From Bdellovibrionales bacterium (GTDB lineage Bacteria > Bdellovibrionota > Bdellovibrionia > Bdellovibrionales > UBA1609): a DNA stretch of 64,000 nt. Each line of letters starts with the position of its first letter. Position 1 is the first letter of the stretch. Below, piece by piece: positions 9,519 through 17,873 of this stretch. Location of the stretch: positions 18,339 through 82,338 of the forward strand of contig JAKUPT010000003.1 of the NCBI GenBank assembly GCA_022450595.1, read 5' to 3'. The notes under the pieces were generated by a model. The model worked only from the letters and a program-made list of their open reading frames with translations, had not been told where the DNA came from and did not search any database. The translations under genes were made by a program, and so were the position numbers.

Positions 9519-12500
9519 TTGCTACCTCCTGTTGGAACTACAATTTGCGGTGATGTCACGGAAGCTAAGTGACGCACAGAAGATTTCATATTGAACTTGT
9601 CAATTTTTGATTGAATCGTAGAAAGTGTGCCATCATAAAAATTAAGCTTTTTGGCCACTTCCTTGGCTTCCGTTAAGCTTTCAATAATTTTATCTTCCAT
9701 CGGAAAGATTAAATTATTCATTTCAGAACGAAAACTTAGTGCATCCGCCTCGTTTAAACCATTTGGCAGAGGCATTTCTTTGATTTGTTTTACAAATACA
9801 GAATATAAGTCAGCAAGGGCCATCATTGATTTAACAGTCATTTCAGGGTCTTGATATCGAATGGTTGACTGATAAGCACTTTGTGCCTTTTCTAACTTCT
9901 CAGTTTTTATAGCTATAACCATGGCCACACGATCTATTTGTGACTTTAGACTTTGCTTTTCAAATTCATCAAACAATATTTGAGCTTGTATATAACGAGC
10001 CTTTGCTTTTGTTTCACTACTTGCATTTTTATACTTTAAAATATCCATTGCTGTACTAAAAGCTTTAGGATAGTTTTTATCATTAAATTGACTCTCTAAG
10101 GTTTTTAAATGAAGCTCACCCACAATTGGTTGAACTCCTTTTTGAAAAGCAAATTTGCGGTAATTTTTATTTAGATCCTCACCTTTGATTTTTGCTATAT
10201 GATAAACTCTCTCTAAAACCTTTTTTTGAAGCTTAATATCGTTTGTACTAAATAGCTCGTCCAATATATCTTGGGCTTTAGTGAAAGATCTATCTAATAT
10301 AAGAAAATCTGAAGCCAGTAATTTCCAATCATCTTTTTTAGATTTATCAGCATTTGTTTTATTATGAGCCAATTGTAATAATACTTCAGCTGCTTTATGT
10401 GTACGGCCTATATCTTCATAGGTTTTTGCGGCTTGTAATAAGGCTTCCTGCACATTGTCTTCTTTTGGAAACATCTTAGCATATATAAGACTGTCTTCTG
10501 CCCCTTCGCCAATTCTATCTAAGTCATAATAAATTTGAACACTATTCCACCATGCTTTGGGAGCAAGAGGCGAGTCAGTGTTTTCTTTAGCAAACTTTTG
10601 ATATCCAGCAATAGCTTTGTCGAATTCTTTTTTCTCTTCTAAGTTTTGAACTTGAAGAAAATAGGACTGTTCGTACAGAGATTTAAGCTTAGCTATTCTT
10701 TTTTTATTATTGGTTTTTGCCATCAATTTCTGTGTGTACTTTTTGATATCTTCAAACTTTTTGTCTTTATTTAGAATATCAAGATACAAGTCCTGAGCTT
10801 TTATACCCTTGTCTTTTGAATTAAAATTATCACCTAATGTGTAAAATATCTTTTGAGCATAATCATAGTTGGCTTTTTCAAAAGCAATTAAGCCCTCTTT
10901 ATATTTTAAATCTAAATGATGTTTACCCTTGGGATGAAACTCTAAGTACTTTGCTACAAGTTTTCTAAAAAGTGTTTCATCGGTCTCAGACCATTTTTTA
11001 TCACCTGACTTTTCAACGTCTTTTTCTAAACCAACGGCCGCTGCATAATGTGCATCATGTGACATTTTTTTGAATTTTTTAGGCACAAATTGAATATTTT
11101 TATCTTTAACTTTTTTACTATCAAGAGTTTCATTCATAACAATCTGGTATTGCTCACTGGCTTTTCTATATTTTTTTCTATTAAATAAAAGCTCTGCATA
11201 GACATAACGGGATTTAAAGTAATTATCAGTATTTAATGGACGGGATAAATAAACTCTAAAAGCGGCTTCTGAGCTATCAGCAAACACCGGGTATGTGGGG
11301 TTTTTCTTCCACATTCTTAACCACTTTGAAGCAAGTTTTAATGAGGTTTCAGAAATAAGCTCTGTACAACTGGCTAGTGTCTCTTTATCTGCTTGATGAG
11401 CTTTGCTCCAAGAACTATCGGGTTTACATGTGGAATCAAACTCCTGTAGAGCTTGAACGGACTTTTTTCTATCTCTTGAAGCTTCGTAGTTATAAACCAG
11501 CGAATTTCTTACCTCAGGTATAGATTTTGATTTTCCTAAATTATTAATAAAATCTTTTAAAACAGTTTCTTCATCTTTATATTTGCTGTGAGAATTATAA
11601 ATTCGACCAATCTTTATAAGATATGGTTCAACTGACAAATTCCCGGCCTGTTTCTTAAAATAACTATAGGCTTGTTTAGCTTCAAATATATCACTAAAAA
11701 ATAAGGCCATATCGGACAAAGCTTCTTTTCTTAAATCAAGCCTTGCATCTATTCCTTGTTCTTCAATCATTACACCATAGTCAACGACACTTTCCATCTC
11801 TTTCATGGCACTCATAGTGTCTCGTAAATTGTAATATGACCAACCTGCTTTATATAAAGCATATGGATAAGCCCTAGAATTAGGATATTTTTTAATAGAA
11901 TTAAATCTAGCCAAAGCTTTTTTAAATTTTTTGTTTTTAAAATCTATCTCACCAATTGCTAAATAGGCATCAGGAACTAGTAATGAGTTTTTATGACCAT
12001 TAATAAGCTTCCAGTATAGACCAACTGCCTTTTTATCATAACCTACTTGCTGGCAAGCCATGGCTTCATTAAATAAAACCATGTCCATTGATGCAAAGTT
12101 AGGAAATCGAGCCTGTATTTTATCATAAATACTTATGGCTTTTTTAACATAGGCCTTTGAAGATCGGTTTGTAACTTTTTTTGGCATTAAAGACACCATA
12201 TCTTCAGACTGACGATTAATTTCAAAAAACAATGCAGACTTAGCACGCCTCATATAAAGCTCTGCTAATCGAAGCAATAAATCAGCCTCCATATAAGAAC
12301 CACGATATTTTTTAATCAGTTTTTCTAACTGAGAAATCGCTTTTTTCTCAGTTTTACCAATTAAAATTTCAGCCTTTAGGGCGTTTACGTCATTTTGTTC
12401 TGGATTTTTGGAATTTAGCTTAAGTTTGTTTAAAACATCATCATTGGCAAAAGACACAACTGGGCTAACAGACACTATTATGACTGTAATTATTAATAAA

Positions 12501-12559
12501 TTTTTGATTAGCCCATTTCTTATCATCATACTGTCCTTACTCCATTGATATTGTCGCAA
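9515..12559 (-). CDS. Large periplasmic TPR-repeat protein (GltD/AgmU-like position)
   Basis: About 1000 aa with an N-terminal signal/anchor and TPR-like repeats throughout. The likely true start is at MMIRNG (about 12529), because the ORF start overlaps the upstream gene by 23 nt. Confidence 0.8.
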   Translation of the reverse strand: MRQYQWSKDSMMIRNGLIKNLLIITVIIVSVSPVVSFANDDVLNKLKLNSKNPEQNDVNALKAEILIGKTEKKAISQLEKLIKKYRGSYMEADLLLRLAELYMRRAKSALFFEINRQSEDMVSLMPKKVTNRSSKAYVKKAISIYDKIQARFPNFASMDMVLFNEAMACQQVGYDKKAVGLYWKLINGHKNSLLVPDAYLAIGEIDFKNKKFKKALARFNSIKKYPNSRAYPYALYKAGWSYYNLRDTMSAMKEMESVVDYGVMIEEQGIDARLDLRKEALSDMALFFSDIFEAKQAYSYFKKQAGNLSVEPYLIKIGRIYNSHSKYKDEETVLKDFINNLGKSKSIPEVRNSLVYNYEASRDRKKSVQALQEFDSTCKPDSSWSKAHQADKETLASCTELISETSLKLASKWLRMWKKNPTYPVFADSSEAAFRVYLSRPLNTDNYFKSRYVYAELLFNRKKYRKASEQYQIVMNETLDSKKVKDKNIQFVPKKFKKMSHDAHYAAAVGLEKDVEKSGDKKWSETDETLFRKLVAKYLEFHPKGKHHLDLKYKEGLIAFEKANYDYAQKIFYTLGDNFNSKDKGIKAQDLYLDILNKDKKFEDIKKYTQKLMAKTNNKKRIAKLKSLYEQSYFLQVQNLEEKKEFDKAIAGYQKFAKENTDSPLAPKAWWNSVQIYYDLDRIGEGAEDSLIYAKMFPKEDNVQEALLQAAKTYEDIGRTHKAAEVLLQLAHNKTNADKSKKDDWKLLASDFLILDRSFTKAQDILDELFSTNDIKLQKKVLERVYHIAKIKGEDLNKNYRKFAFQKGVQPIVGELHLKTLESQFNDKNYPKAFSTAMDILKYKNASSETKAKARYIQAQILFDEFEKQSLKSQIDRVAMVIAIKTEKLEKAQSAYQSTIRYQDPEMTVKSMMALADLYSVFVKQIKEMPLPNGLNEADALSFRSEMNNLIFPMEDKIIESLTEAKEVAKKLNFYDGTLSTIQSKIDKFNMKSSVRHLASVTSPQIVVPTGGSK

Positions 12560-13049
12560 ACTTCATCGCTGAATAACCAGCCATAGAAGATGTGTACATT
12601 ACCTTTTTTAAAACTCCGTAGTCTAAGCGTGAGTCAGCTTGCATGACCACTTCGCCTTTAAATTTAAACTCTGTATTTATTTCTTCAATTTTTTTACTTT
12701 TCTCTGCGTGCTTATCTAATTCTTTAAATAATTCAGTGATAAATTCACTGTCGTTGGCATCCAATGAGGAGGCTTTGATATTTCCCTCTTCTAAACTAAC
12801 AACTTTTTTATCATCAATATAGATACCATCTAATGAAACAATGAGCTTTAAGCCTTCAACCGGATCTTTAACAGATGTCGACTGCGGAAGTTTTAAATCT
12901 TCATTGGGTGTAATATTCACTGCACTTGTGGAATAGCTTTTTAATAAAAACACAATAATAATAGTGAACATGTCCACCATGGCTGTAAGTTGCAAAATAA
13001 ATGCAGCCTTCTTATTGTCTCTTTTCATTTTTTCAACAGCTCTTCTCAT
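12537..13049 (-). CDS. ExbD/TolR-family motor subunit (AglQ/AglS-like), TM aspartate present
   Basis: The N-terminal TM segment LQLTAMVDMFTIIIVFLL aligns by eye with the TolR/ExbD motif P-x-x-D-V-x-L-V-L-L. Confidence 0.85.
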   Translation of the reverse strand: MRRAVEKMKRDNKKAAFILQLTAMVDMFTIIIVFLLKSYSTSAVNITPNEDLKLPQSTSVKDPVEGLKLIVSLDGIYIDDKKVVSLEEGNIKASSLDANDSEFITELFKELDKHAEKSKKIEEINTEFKFKGEVVMQADSRLDYGVLKKVMYTSSMAGYSAMKFATISME

Positions 13050-13052
13050 TTT

Positions 13053-13616
13053 TTATCCTTCAATTACATTTCCAAAAACAACATCTGGAAACATGACATC
13101 AATTGCTACTTTTTTATTTTCTTCGTTTTCTAAATAAACTTTTGGATCATCTGATTTTAAGCTTCTAGCTTCATCAATAACCTTTATGATTTCATCGTAT
13201 TTAATGTCTGGAGCAGGTGTTAAATCTAATCTAAATATTTTAGGAAACTGTTGCTTCACCTGTACCAACTGTTGATGTAATGAATCTAGATCCCACTGCT
13301 CTTGTTTTTTGGGGATTGTTACATTTTTAGCAGACTTCCCATCAATAGTGACCTTTAGCTGAAAGCCTGTATCTTTCATCATCACCACTTTAATTAAAAT
13401 GTCGCGATCTTTTTTCTTACGATCTTCCTCAATGGCTTTTTCAACCACTTGAGGAATGTCTGTTTCTACAATTGTTACTTTTAAAAACACGGTGGCAAGT
13501 AACATGATTGGAATCAGACACACCATAAGTGAAAGCATTGGAGAAAGGTCTAGTTCGAAAGACGCCTCTCCGTCTGCTTGCATATGATCTTGAATTTGTC
13601 GTTTACGACGACTCAT
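13053..13616 (-). CDS. ExbD/TolR-family motor subunit paralog, TM aspartate replaced by Ser
   Basis: The TM segment ELDLSPMLSLMVCLIPIMLL has Ser at the position aligned with the TolR/ExbD Asp. The periplasmic domain resembles ExbD. Confidence 0.8.
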   Translation of the reverse strand: MSRRKRQIQDHMQADGEASFELDLSPMLSLMVCLIPIMLLATVFLKVTIVETDIPQVVEKAIEEDRKKKDRDILIKVVMMKDTGFQLKVTIDGKSAKNVTIPKKQEQWDLDSLHQQLVQVKQQFPKIFRLDLTPAPDIKYDEIIKVIDEARSLKSDDPKVYLENEENKKVAIDVMFPDVVFGNVIEG

Positions 13617-13627
13617 ACTCTCTACTC

Positions 13628-14356
13628 CTATGCCATCTTTTTAGATGGTGCAGGTGGTTCATCTTCTTTAGGCTCTTCCATTTTGTCTAAGCCTAGATCT
13701 TGTGGAAACGCATTGTTTGATGAAAAGGCCTGGTAATGTCTTGTTGTTAACAGGTCTACAACCTTTGAAGAGTGTTCAGAGATTTCTTCCATCAAATAGT
13801 TTTGTCTAGAATGTAAAAAGGCATAACTAATCATTACTGGAATGGCCACTGACAGTCCAAGTGCTGTTGTGTTCATCGCAAGTGATATACCTTGTGATAA
13901 CATCGTGTTCTTTTGTGCAGGATCTGCAACAGCAACCGCTTCAAAGGCTGCAATCAGACCAAGGATAGTACCAAGAAGACCTATAAGGGTTGCAACGTTT
14001 GCAATCATCGCAAGATAGCCTAAACGTTTACCGAGGTTTGGAATTACTTCTGATAAAGAAATGTCCAGTCCTGTGTAAATCCCTTCATCATCTCTGTCGG
14101 CTCGCTCCAAAACACCTTTTACGACGTGAGCAAGTGGTGCCTTCTTGTTAGCTGAACAAAAAGTGATCGCCTCTTCGACCTGATCTTTCATAACCAAACC
14201 TTTAAGTTGATTAGTAAAGTCATCAGCTTTAATGGCGTAATCAAAATACAGGGCTTTTGCTCTTTCTAAAATTAGAGCAAGTCCTATCACTCCCATTGTC
14301 ATAATGGCAAAGCCTGCAAATCCGCTATCTATTATCATCTGAATTAAGTTACTCAC
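13628..14356 (-). CDS. MotA/TolQ/ExbB-family proton channel (AglR-like)
   Basis: 242 aa with three predicted TM helices. The conserved C-terminal TolQ-like block is LGLLGTILGLIAAFEAV...GISLAMNTTALGLSVAIP. Confidence 0.9.
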   Translation of the reverse strand: MSNLIQMIIDSGFAGFAIMTMGVIGLALILERAKALYFDYAIKADDFTNQLKGLVMKDQVEEAITFCSANKKAPLAHVVKGVLERADRDDEGIYTGLDISLSEVIPNLGKRLGYLAMIANVATLIGLLGTILGLIAAFEAVAVADPAQKNTMLSQGISLAMNTTALGLSVAIPVMISYAFLHSRQNYLMEEISEHSSKVVDLLTTRHYQAFSSNNAFPQDLGLDKMEEPKEDEPPAPSKKMA

Positions 14357-14394
14357 CGTGTTTCCCCCTTAATAATATTCTTTAAAACCATAAA

Positions 14395-15270
14395 TTATGC
14401 GGCGTCCTCGCCAGTTTCTGCATATTCTTTCAGTCGCCCTTGAGCATCTTCACTAATATTTGTGAACTTCACTCCATAGAGAACTGAAGAGTTTTTTTCT
14501 TTCACATTTTCATCATATTTTTTACTGACCACTTCACATACGGCATTAAATGGAGGAACTCCATCGCCAGGCTTAAAGTGCAAATACAGTTTTTGCCCAG
14601 GAACAATCATGGCATTATCCATAATAATCCCAGCACCACCTTGAGATATTTCAACGCTTTTACCCTTCCATACAGATTGATTATCATGCACTAAAATGGT
14701 GGCTCCATATCTCACACGTCTATGTCTTCTTCTAAAAAAGATCTCTTGAATTTCTGGCATGAGGGTTTCTTGAAGCTTTTTGATGTTTTCAAATTGAAAG
14801 GCTGTCATATCAGCGATACGCACCCAGGCCTTCATTCCCTTTTTCCACACATAATCAAACTCAAATATAAGTTTTTGCTGAAGCATTTTAATCACATCAG
14901 TAAATGCAAACGGACCAAATTTGTTTTCACCCTTAAGGATGTACCATTCGGCCATTATGTTTTGTTGGTTTTCTTGAGTGCTAGTCACTTCACGGGCTTT
15001 TTTCTCAGCTTGCAGGAAAGCAACATTTTGCGCCGAGGTTTCATGAAGTTCATTGGACTCTTGTTGCTTAGGAGGCGCTTTAGGTTTTGCCTCTTTAATA
15101 TGTTGTAACAACTCTTGATGCTCAACAAAACCCACCCAGTCTTGTTTCGCCTCATCATACAAATAGTCCATAATGGTTAACGCGCCCTGATTGACCTTAG
15201 ACACAATCTCTTCAAAGCTGTAGGGGCCTAATTGTTCACCATTATGTGAGACATAAAATTTTTGACTCAT
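14395..15270 (-). CDS. Cytoplasmic GYF_2-GYF_2-PilZ protein (putative c-di-GMP receptor), first gene of the gliding operon
   Basis: Two GYF_2/DUF4339-like repeats (FYVSHNGEQLGPYSFEEIV...DWVGF and WYILKGENKFGPFAFTDVI...AWVRI). The C-terminal PilZ motifs are RRRHRRVR and EISQGGAG. The stop lies 38 nt upstream of the MotA-like gene. Confidence 0.85.
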   Translation of the reverse strand: MSQKFYVSHNGEQLGPYSFEEIVSKVNQGALTIMDYLYDEAKQDWVGFVEHQELLQHIKEAKPKAPPKQQESNELHETSAQNVAFLQAEKKAREVTSTQENQQNIMAEWYILKGENKFGPFAFTDVIKMLQQKLIFEFDYVWKKGMKAWVRIADMTAFQFENIKKLQETLMPEIQEIFFRRRHRRVRYGATILVHDNQSVWKGKSVEISQGGAGIIMDNAMIVPGQKLYLHFKPGDGVPPFNAVCEVVSKKYDENVKEKNSSVLYGVKFTNISEDAQGRLKEYAETGEDAA

Positions 15271-15490
15271 TTGCTTCCCCTTTAAGTTTTCAAAACCTTT
15301 TAATAACGGTTTACAAAGGCATCTTCGGCTTTTTTTATGAACGACTTTAAATATTGAGAAATATTAAGCTATTTAGACATTTGTCGGGGGGATTTTAGTC
15401 TTTTTTGTATAACTCTTTTACATGGACTTTTTAAAGTTAAATTTTTTGACCAACTTATGAACAAGTTCTTTGTGCTTGTGTCCTGGCCTT

Positions 15491-15618
15491 GAATCTAGCT
15501 CAAAGATTTAAATATATATGTCTTTCTGGACACGGCCTCCATGCCTCGCAGCTCGCGGTCCGTCCTGGACCGCTGAGATCCAGAAAGACATATATATTTA
15601 AATCTTTGAACTAGATTC
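15491..15618. repeat. Long hairpin, copy 1: 40-bp AT-rich arms (39/40 complementary) around a 48-nt loop carrying the 47-nt GC-rich core (15531-15577, forward orientation)
   Basis: Left arm GAATCTAGCTCAAAGATTTAAATATATATGTCTTTCTGGA (15491-15530). The right arm (15579-15618) is its reverse complement with one mismatch. Core: CACGGCCTCCATGCCTCGCAGCTCGCGGTCCGTCCTGGACCGCTGAG. Confidence 0.95.
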
Positions 15619-15840
15619 ACTTGCTAACCAGATGGGTGTGATTTGTGAATGGATAGGAAAACTAAACATTAGAAACAATTAATTATTAGAAAATTAAGCT
15701 CTCACTTTTTAAAGTAAATGGGTTTTATATATTTTTTTTATCGATACCAATTTTTTAATTTCAATTTGCGATTGTTTGTACAAATAGACTTTTACAATCT
15801 GAAAATAATTTTCCCAGGACACCATCATCGCATTTTTAAG

Positions 15841-15976
15841 TTTTCTTTTTATTTCAGCTTTTTACAAAACAGTCTTATGAAAGACCTCAGCGGTCCAGGA
15901 CGGACCGCGAGCTGCGAGGCATGGAGGCCGTGTCTTGAATAAGACTGTTTTGTAAAAAGCTGAAATAAAAAGAAAA
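15841..15976. repeat. Long hairpin, copy 2: perfect 38-bp AT-rich arms around a 60-nt loop carrying the same core in reverse orientation (15886-15932)
   Basis: Left arm TTTTCTTTTTATTTCAGCTTTTTACAAAACAGTCTTAT (15841-15878). The right arm (15939-15976) is its exact reverse complement. The reverse complement of the core is 47/47 identical to copy 1. Confidence 0.95.
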
Positions 15977-15994
15977 CCTACCACGAACCCACAA

Positions 15995-16025
15995 ATAAAA
16001 AAGGCCCCAGTAAAAACTGAGGCCT
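15995..16025 (-). terminator. Rho-independent terminator of the phn-like operon
   Basis: Minus strand reads AGGCCTCAG-TTTTTA-CTGGGGCCT followed by TTTTTAT, 27 nt downstream of the permease stop. Confidence 0.7.
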
Positions 16026-16051
16026 AATAATAAACTGAATTTTAGAAAGTA

Positions 16052-17089
16052 TTATTTAATCGCTTCACGGATGTAAGCAGAGGTCGTGTCCATCACCCAT
16101 ACCACAAAGGCAATGACGAAAACGAGGCAGCCCACTTCTTCCCACATGGCTTGACCTTGGTATTGCATGATCATGGTACCAATACCACCACCGCCGACAA
16201 GACCAATGATGGTCGCCATACGCACGTTGATATCCCATCTATAAATGGTAAAGGCCGTGTATGGTAAAATGATTTGAGGAACCACAGCAAACCAAACAAC
16301 TTGAAGGCTTGAAGCTCCCGTGGCCACAATGGCTTCAATAGGGCCTTCTTCAACACACTCAACAAGCTCAGAGTAGTTCTTAGCAAGTGATGCTACAGAA
16401 TGAAGTAGCAATGCCAGCATACCAGCAAATGGACCAATACCTACCCAAACGGAGAACACAATAGCCCAAATTAGTGGTTCAATAGAGCGAGTCACGTTTA
16501 AGATAGTTCTAAGGGTGGCGTAGATACCAAAACTTACAGGATTGCTTCCCATAATGTTTTTGGCGCATAGAAAACTTAAAACAAAAGCAACCGGTACGGC
16601 AAACACTGTGGCCATAAAAGCTATAAAGATGGTTTCAATTACAGCCAAGATAGCTTTTGGTAAAATGGTCCAATTCGGATCAAATAAGGCTCCAAAAACT
16701 TTCATGGCACCAACAAGGCCATCCTGATCGGTCAATTCATAGATACTGATATGAGCTACATTTAGTCCTGTAATAAAAGCCACAATAAAGGCAACAATAA
16801 GTTCAATGCCCCAAAAGCTCATAGTCCAATGTTTGTCAGGTTGAGCTGTGAGTGCTTGAGGTGGGTCAAAAAGAATATTTCCTAAAGTTTTAATTTTAGC
16901 TTTTTGTAAAATAAAAACTAAAACACCACCAAGTGCCCATAGGCCGAAAAATATCATTACATTATTACCCATCTTAAGCATGGTCTCTTCAGTGGGTTGA
17001 ATAGATACAACCAAAGCCACCAATGCAAGAAAAGTAAAAATAAAGCCATCAAGTAATATACATCTGATTAAAGTCTTTGCCTGTTTCAT
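16052..17089 (-). CDS. phnE: Phosphonate/phosphite-type ABC transporter permease (PhnE-like)
   Basis: Multi-TM protein of 345 aa with a BPD-transporter-like core. It overlaps the upstream PhnC-like gene by 1 nt. Confidence 0.8.
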   Translation of the reverse strand: MKQAKTLIRCILLDGFIFTFLALVALVVSIQPTEETMLKMGNNVMIFFGLWALGGVLVFILQKAKIKTLGNILFDPPQALTAQPDKHWTMSFWGIELIVAFIVAFITGLNVAHISIYELTDQDGLVGAMKVFGALFDPNWTILPKAILAVIETIFIAFMATVFAVPVAFVLSFLCAKNIMGSNPVSFGIYATLRTILNVTRSIEPLIWAIVFSVWVGIGPFAGMLALLLHSVASLAKNYSELVECVEEGPIEAIVATGASSLQVVWFAVVPQIILPYTAFTIYRWDINVRMATIIGLVGGGGIGTMIMQYQGQAMWEEVGCLVFVIAFVVWVMDTTSAYIREAIK

Positions 17090-17859
17090 TAGTTTACATG
17101 TACCTCTTTTGCGGATTCACCATAAATTTCTTCAAACCAACTTTGATCAATATTTTTAGGGTCGCCTTCATAAACAAGCTTTCCCTCTTTTAAAGCAATC
17201 ACACGATCTGCGTACTGCCTGACCAAACTTAAAAAATGAAGGTTACAAATAATTGTAAGCCCAAGCTCACGATTTACTTTTTTGAGATAGTCCATAACGG
17301 TGTGGCAGGTAGCTGGGTCAAGACTCGCCACAGGTTCATCAGCTAATAAAATTTGAGGTCCTTGAGTCAGTGCTCTTGCAATAGACACCCTTTGCTGTTG
17401 GCCGCCTGATAATTGATCTGCTCTAACATGGGCTTTTTCTTTAATGCCTACGAGGTCTAAATAATTAAGAGCCTTATCTTTGTCCTCTTGGCTAAAAAAG
17501 CCAAATAAACTAGATAAAATTGGAGTTCTGTAAAGAGCTCCCGTTAAAGCGTTTTTTAAAACTGAGTATCTTGGAATTAGATTGAAATGTTGAAAGATCA
17601 TTCCAATCTCACTTCTTAGCGTTCTGGAGTCCTTTTTATTTAATCGAGTGATATTTCGATCTTTAAAAAGAATTTGGCCACCAGTAGGCTCATGAAGGTT
17701 ATTAATACATCTAAGCAGTGTGGACTTTCCAGAACCAGACAACCCAATAATGACTAAAAACTCACCCTCTTTAACATCAAAACTAACCCCTTTAAGGGCC
17801 TTAACTCCATTTTCGTAGGTTTTTTCTAGGTCCTTAACCTGAAGAATCGTCTTACTCAT
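17089..17859 (-). CDS. phnC: Phosphonate-type ABC transporter ATP-binding protein (PhnC-like)
   Basis: Walker A GLSGSGKST, signature LSGGQQQR, Walker B ILLADEP. Size and N-terminal block are typical of PhnC. Confidence 0.85.
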   Translation of the reverse strand: MSKTILQVKDLEKTYENGVKALKGVSFDVKEGEFLVIIGLSGSGKSTLLRCINNLHEPTGGQILFKDRNITRLNKKDSRTLRSEIGMIFQHFNLIPRYSVLKNALTGALYRTPILSSLFGFFSQEDKDKALNYLDLVGIKEKAHVRADQLSGGQQQRVSIARALTQGPQILLADEPVASLDPATCHTVMDYLKKVNRELGLTIICNLHFLSLVRQYADRVIALKEGKLVYEGDPKNIDQSWFEEIYGESAKEVHVN

Positions 17860-17873
17860 ATTTATCCTATTGA

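Noticed and set aside
15531-15932. The two identical 47-nt cores in inverted orientation could be read as the terminal inverted repeats of a single 402-bp MITE.
   Set aside because: Each core has its own private palindromic flank, one arm of which would fall outside such an element. A solitary third copy at 59927-60037 has the same one-core-one-palindrome layout. No target-site duplication is visible at 15530/15933.
15718-15942. 74-aa plus-strand ORF in the long intergenic region.
   Set aside because: The translation is Phe/Tyr/Asn-rich as expected from AT-rich non-coding DNA. There is no SD. Its 3' end simply reads through the left arm and GC-rich core of hairpin copy 2.
15491-15976. Hairpins considered as a retron msr/msd, integron attC sites, a CRISPR leader/repeat or IS200/IS605 ends.
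   Set aside because: No reverse transcriptase, integrase, cas or tnpA/tnpB gene lies anywhere in the window. attC and IS ends are conserved at the extremities, not in the loop. There is no repeat-spacer periodicity.
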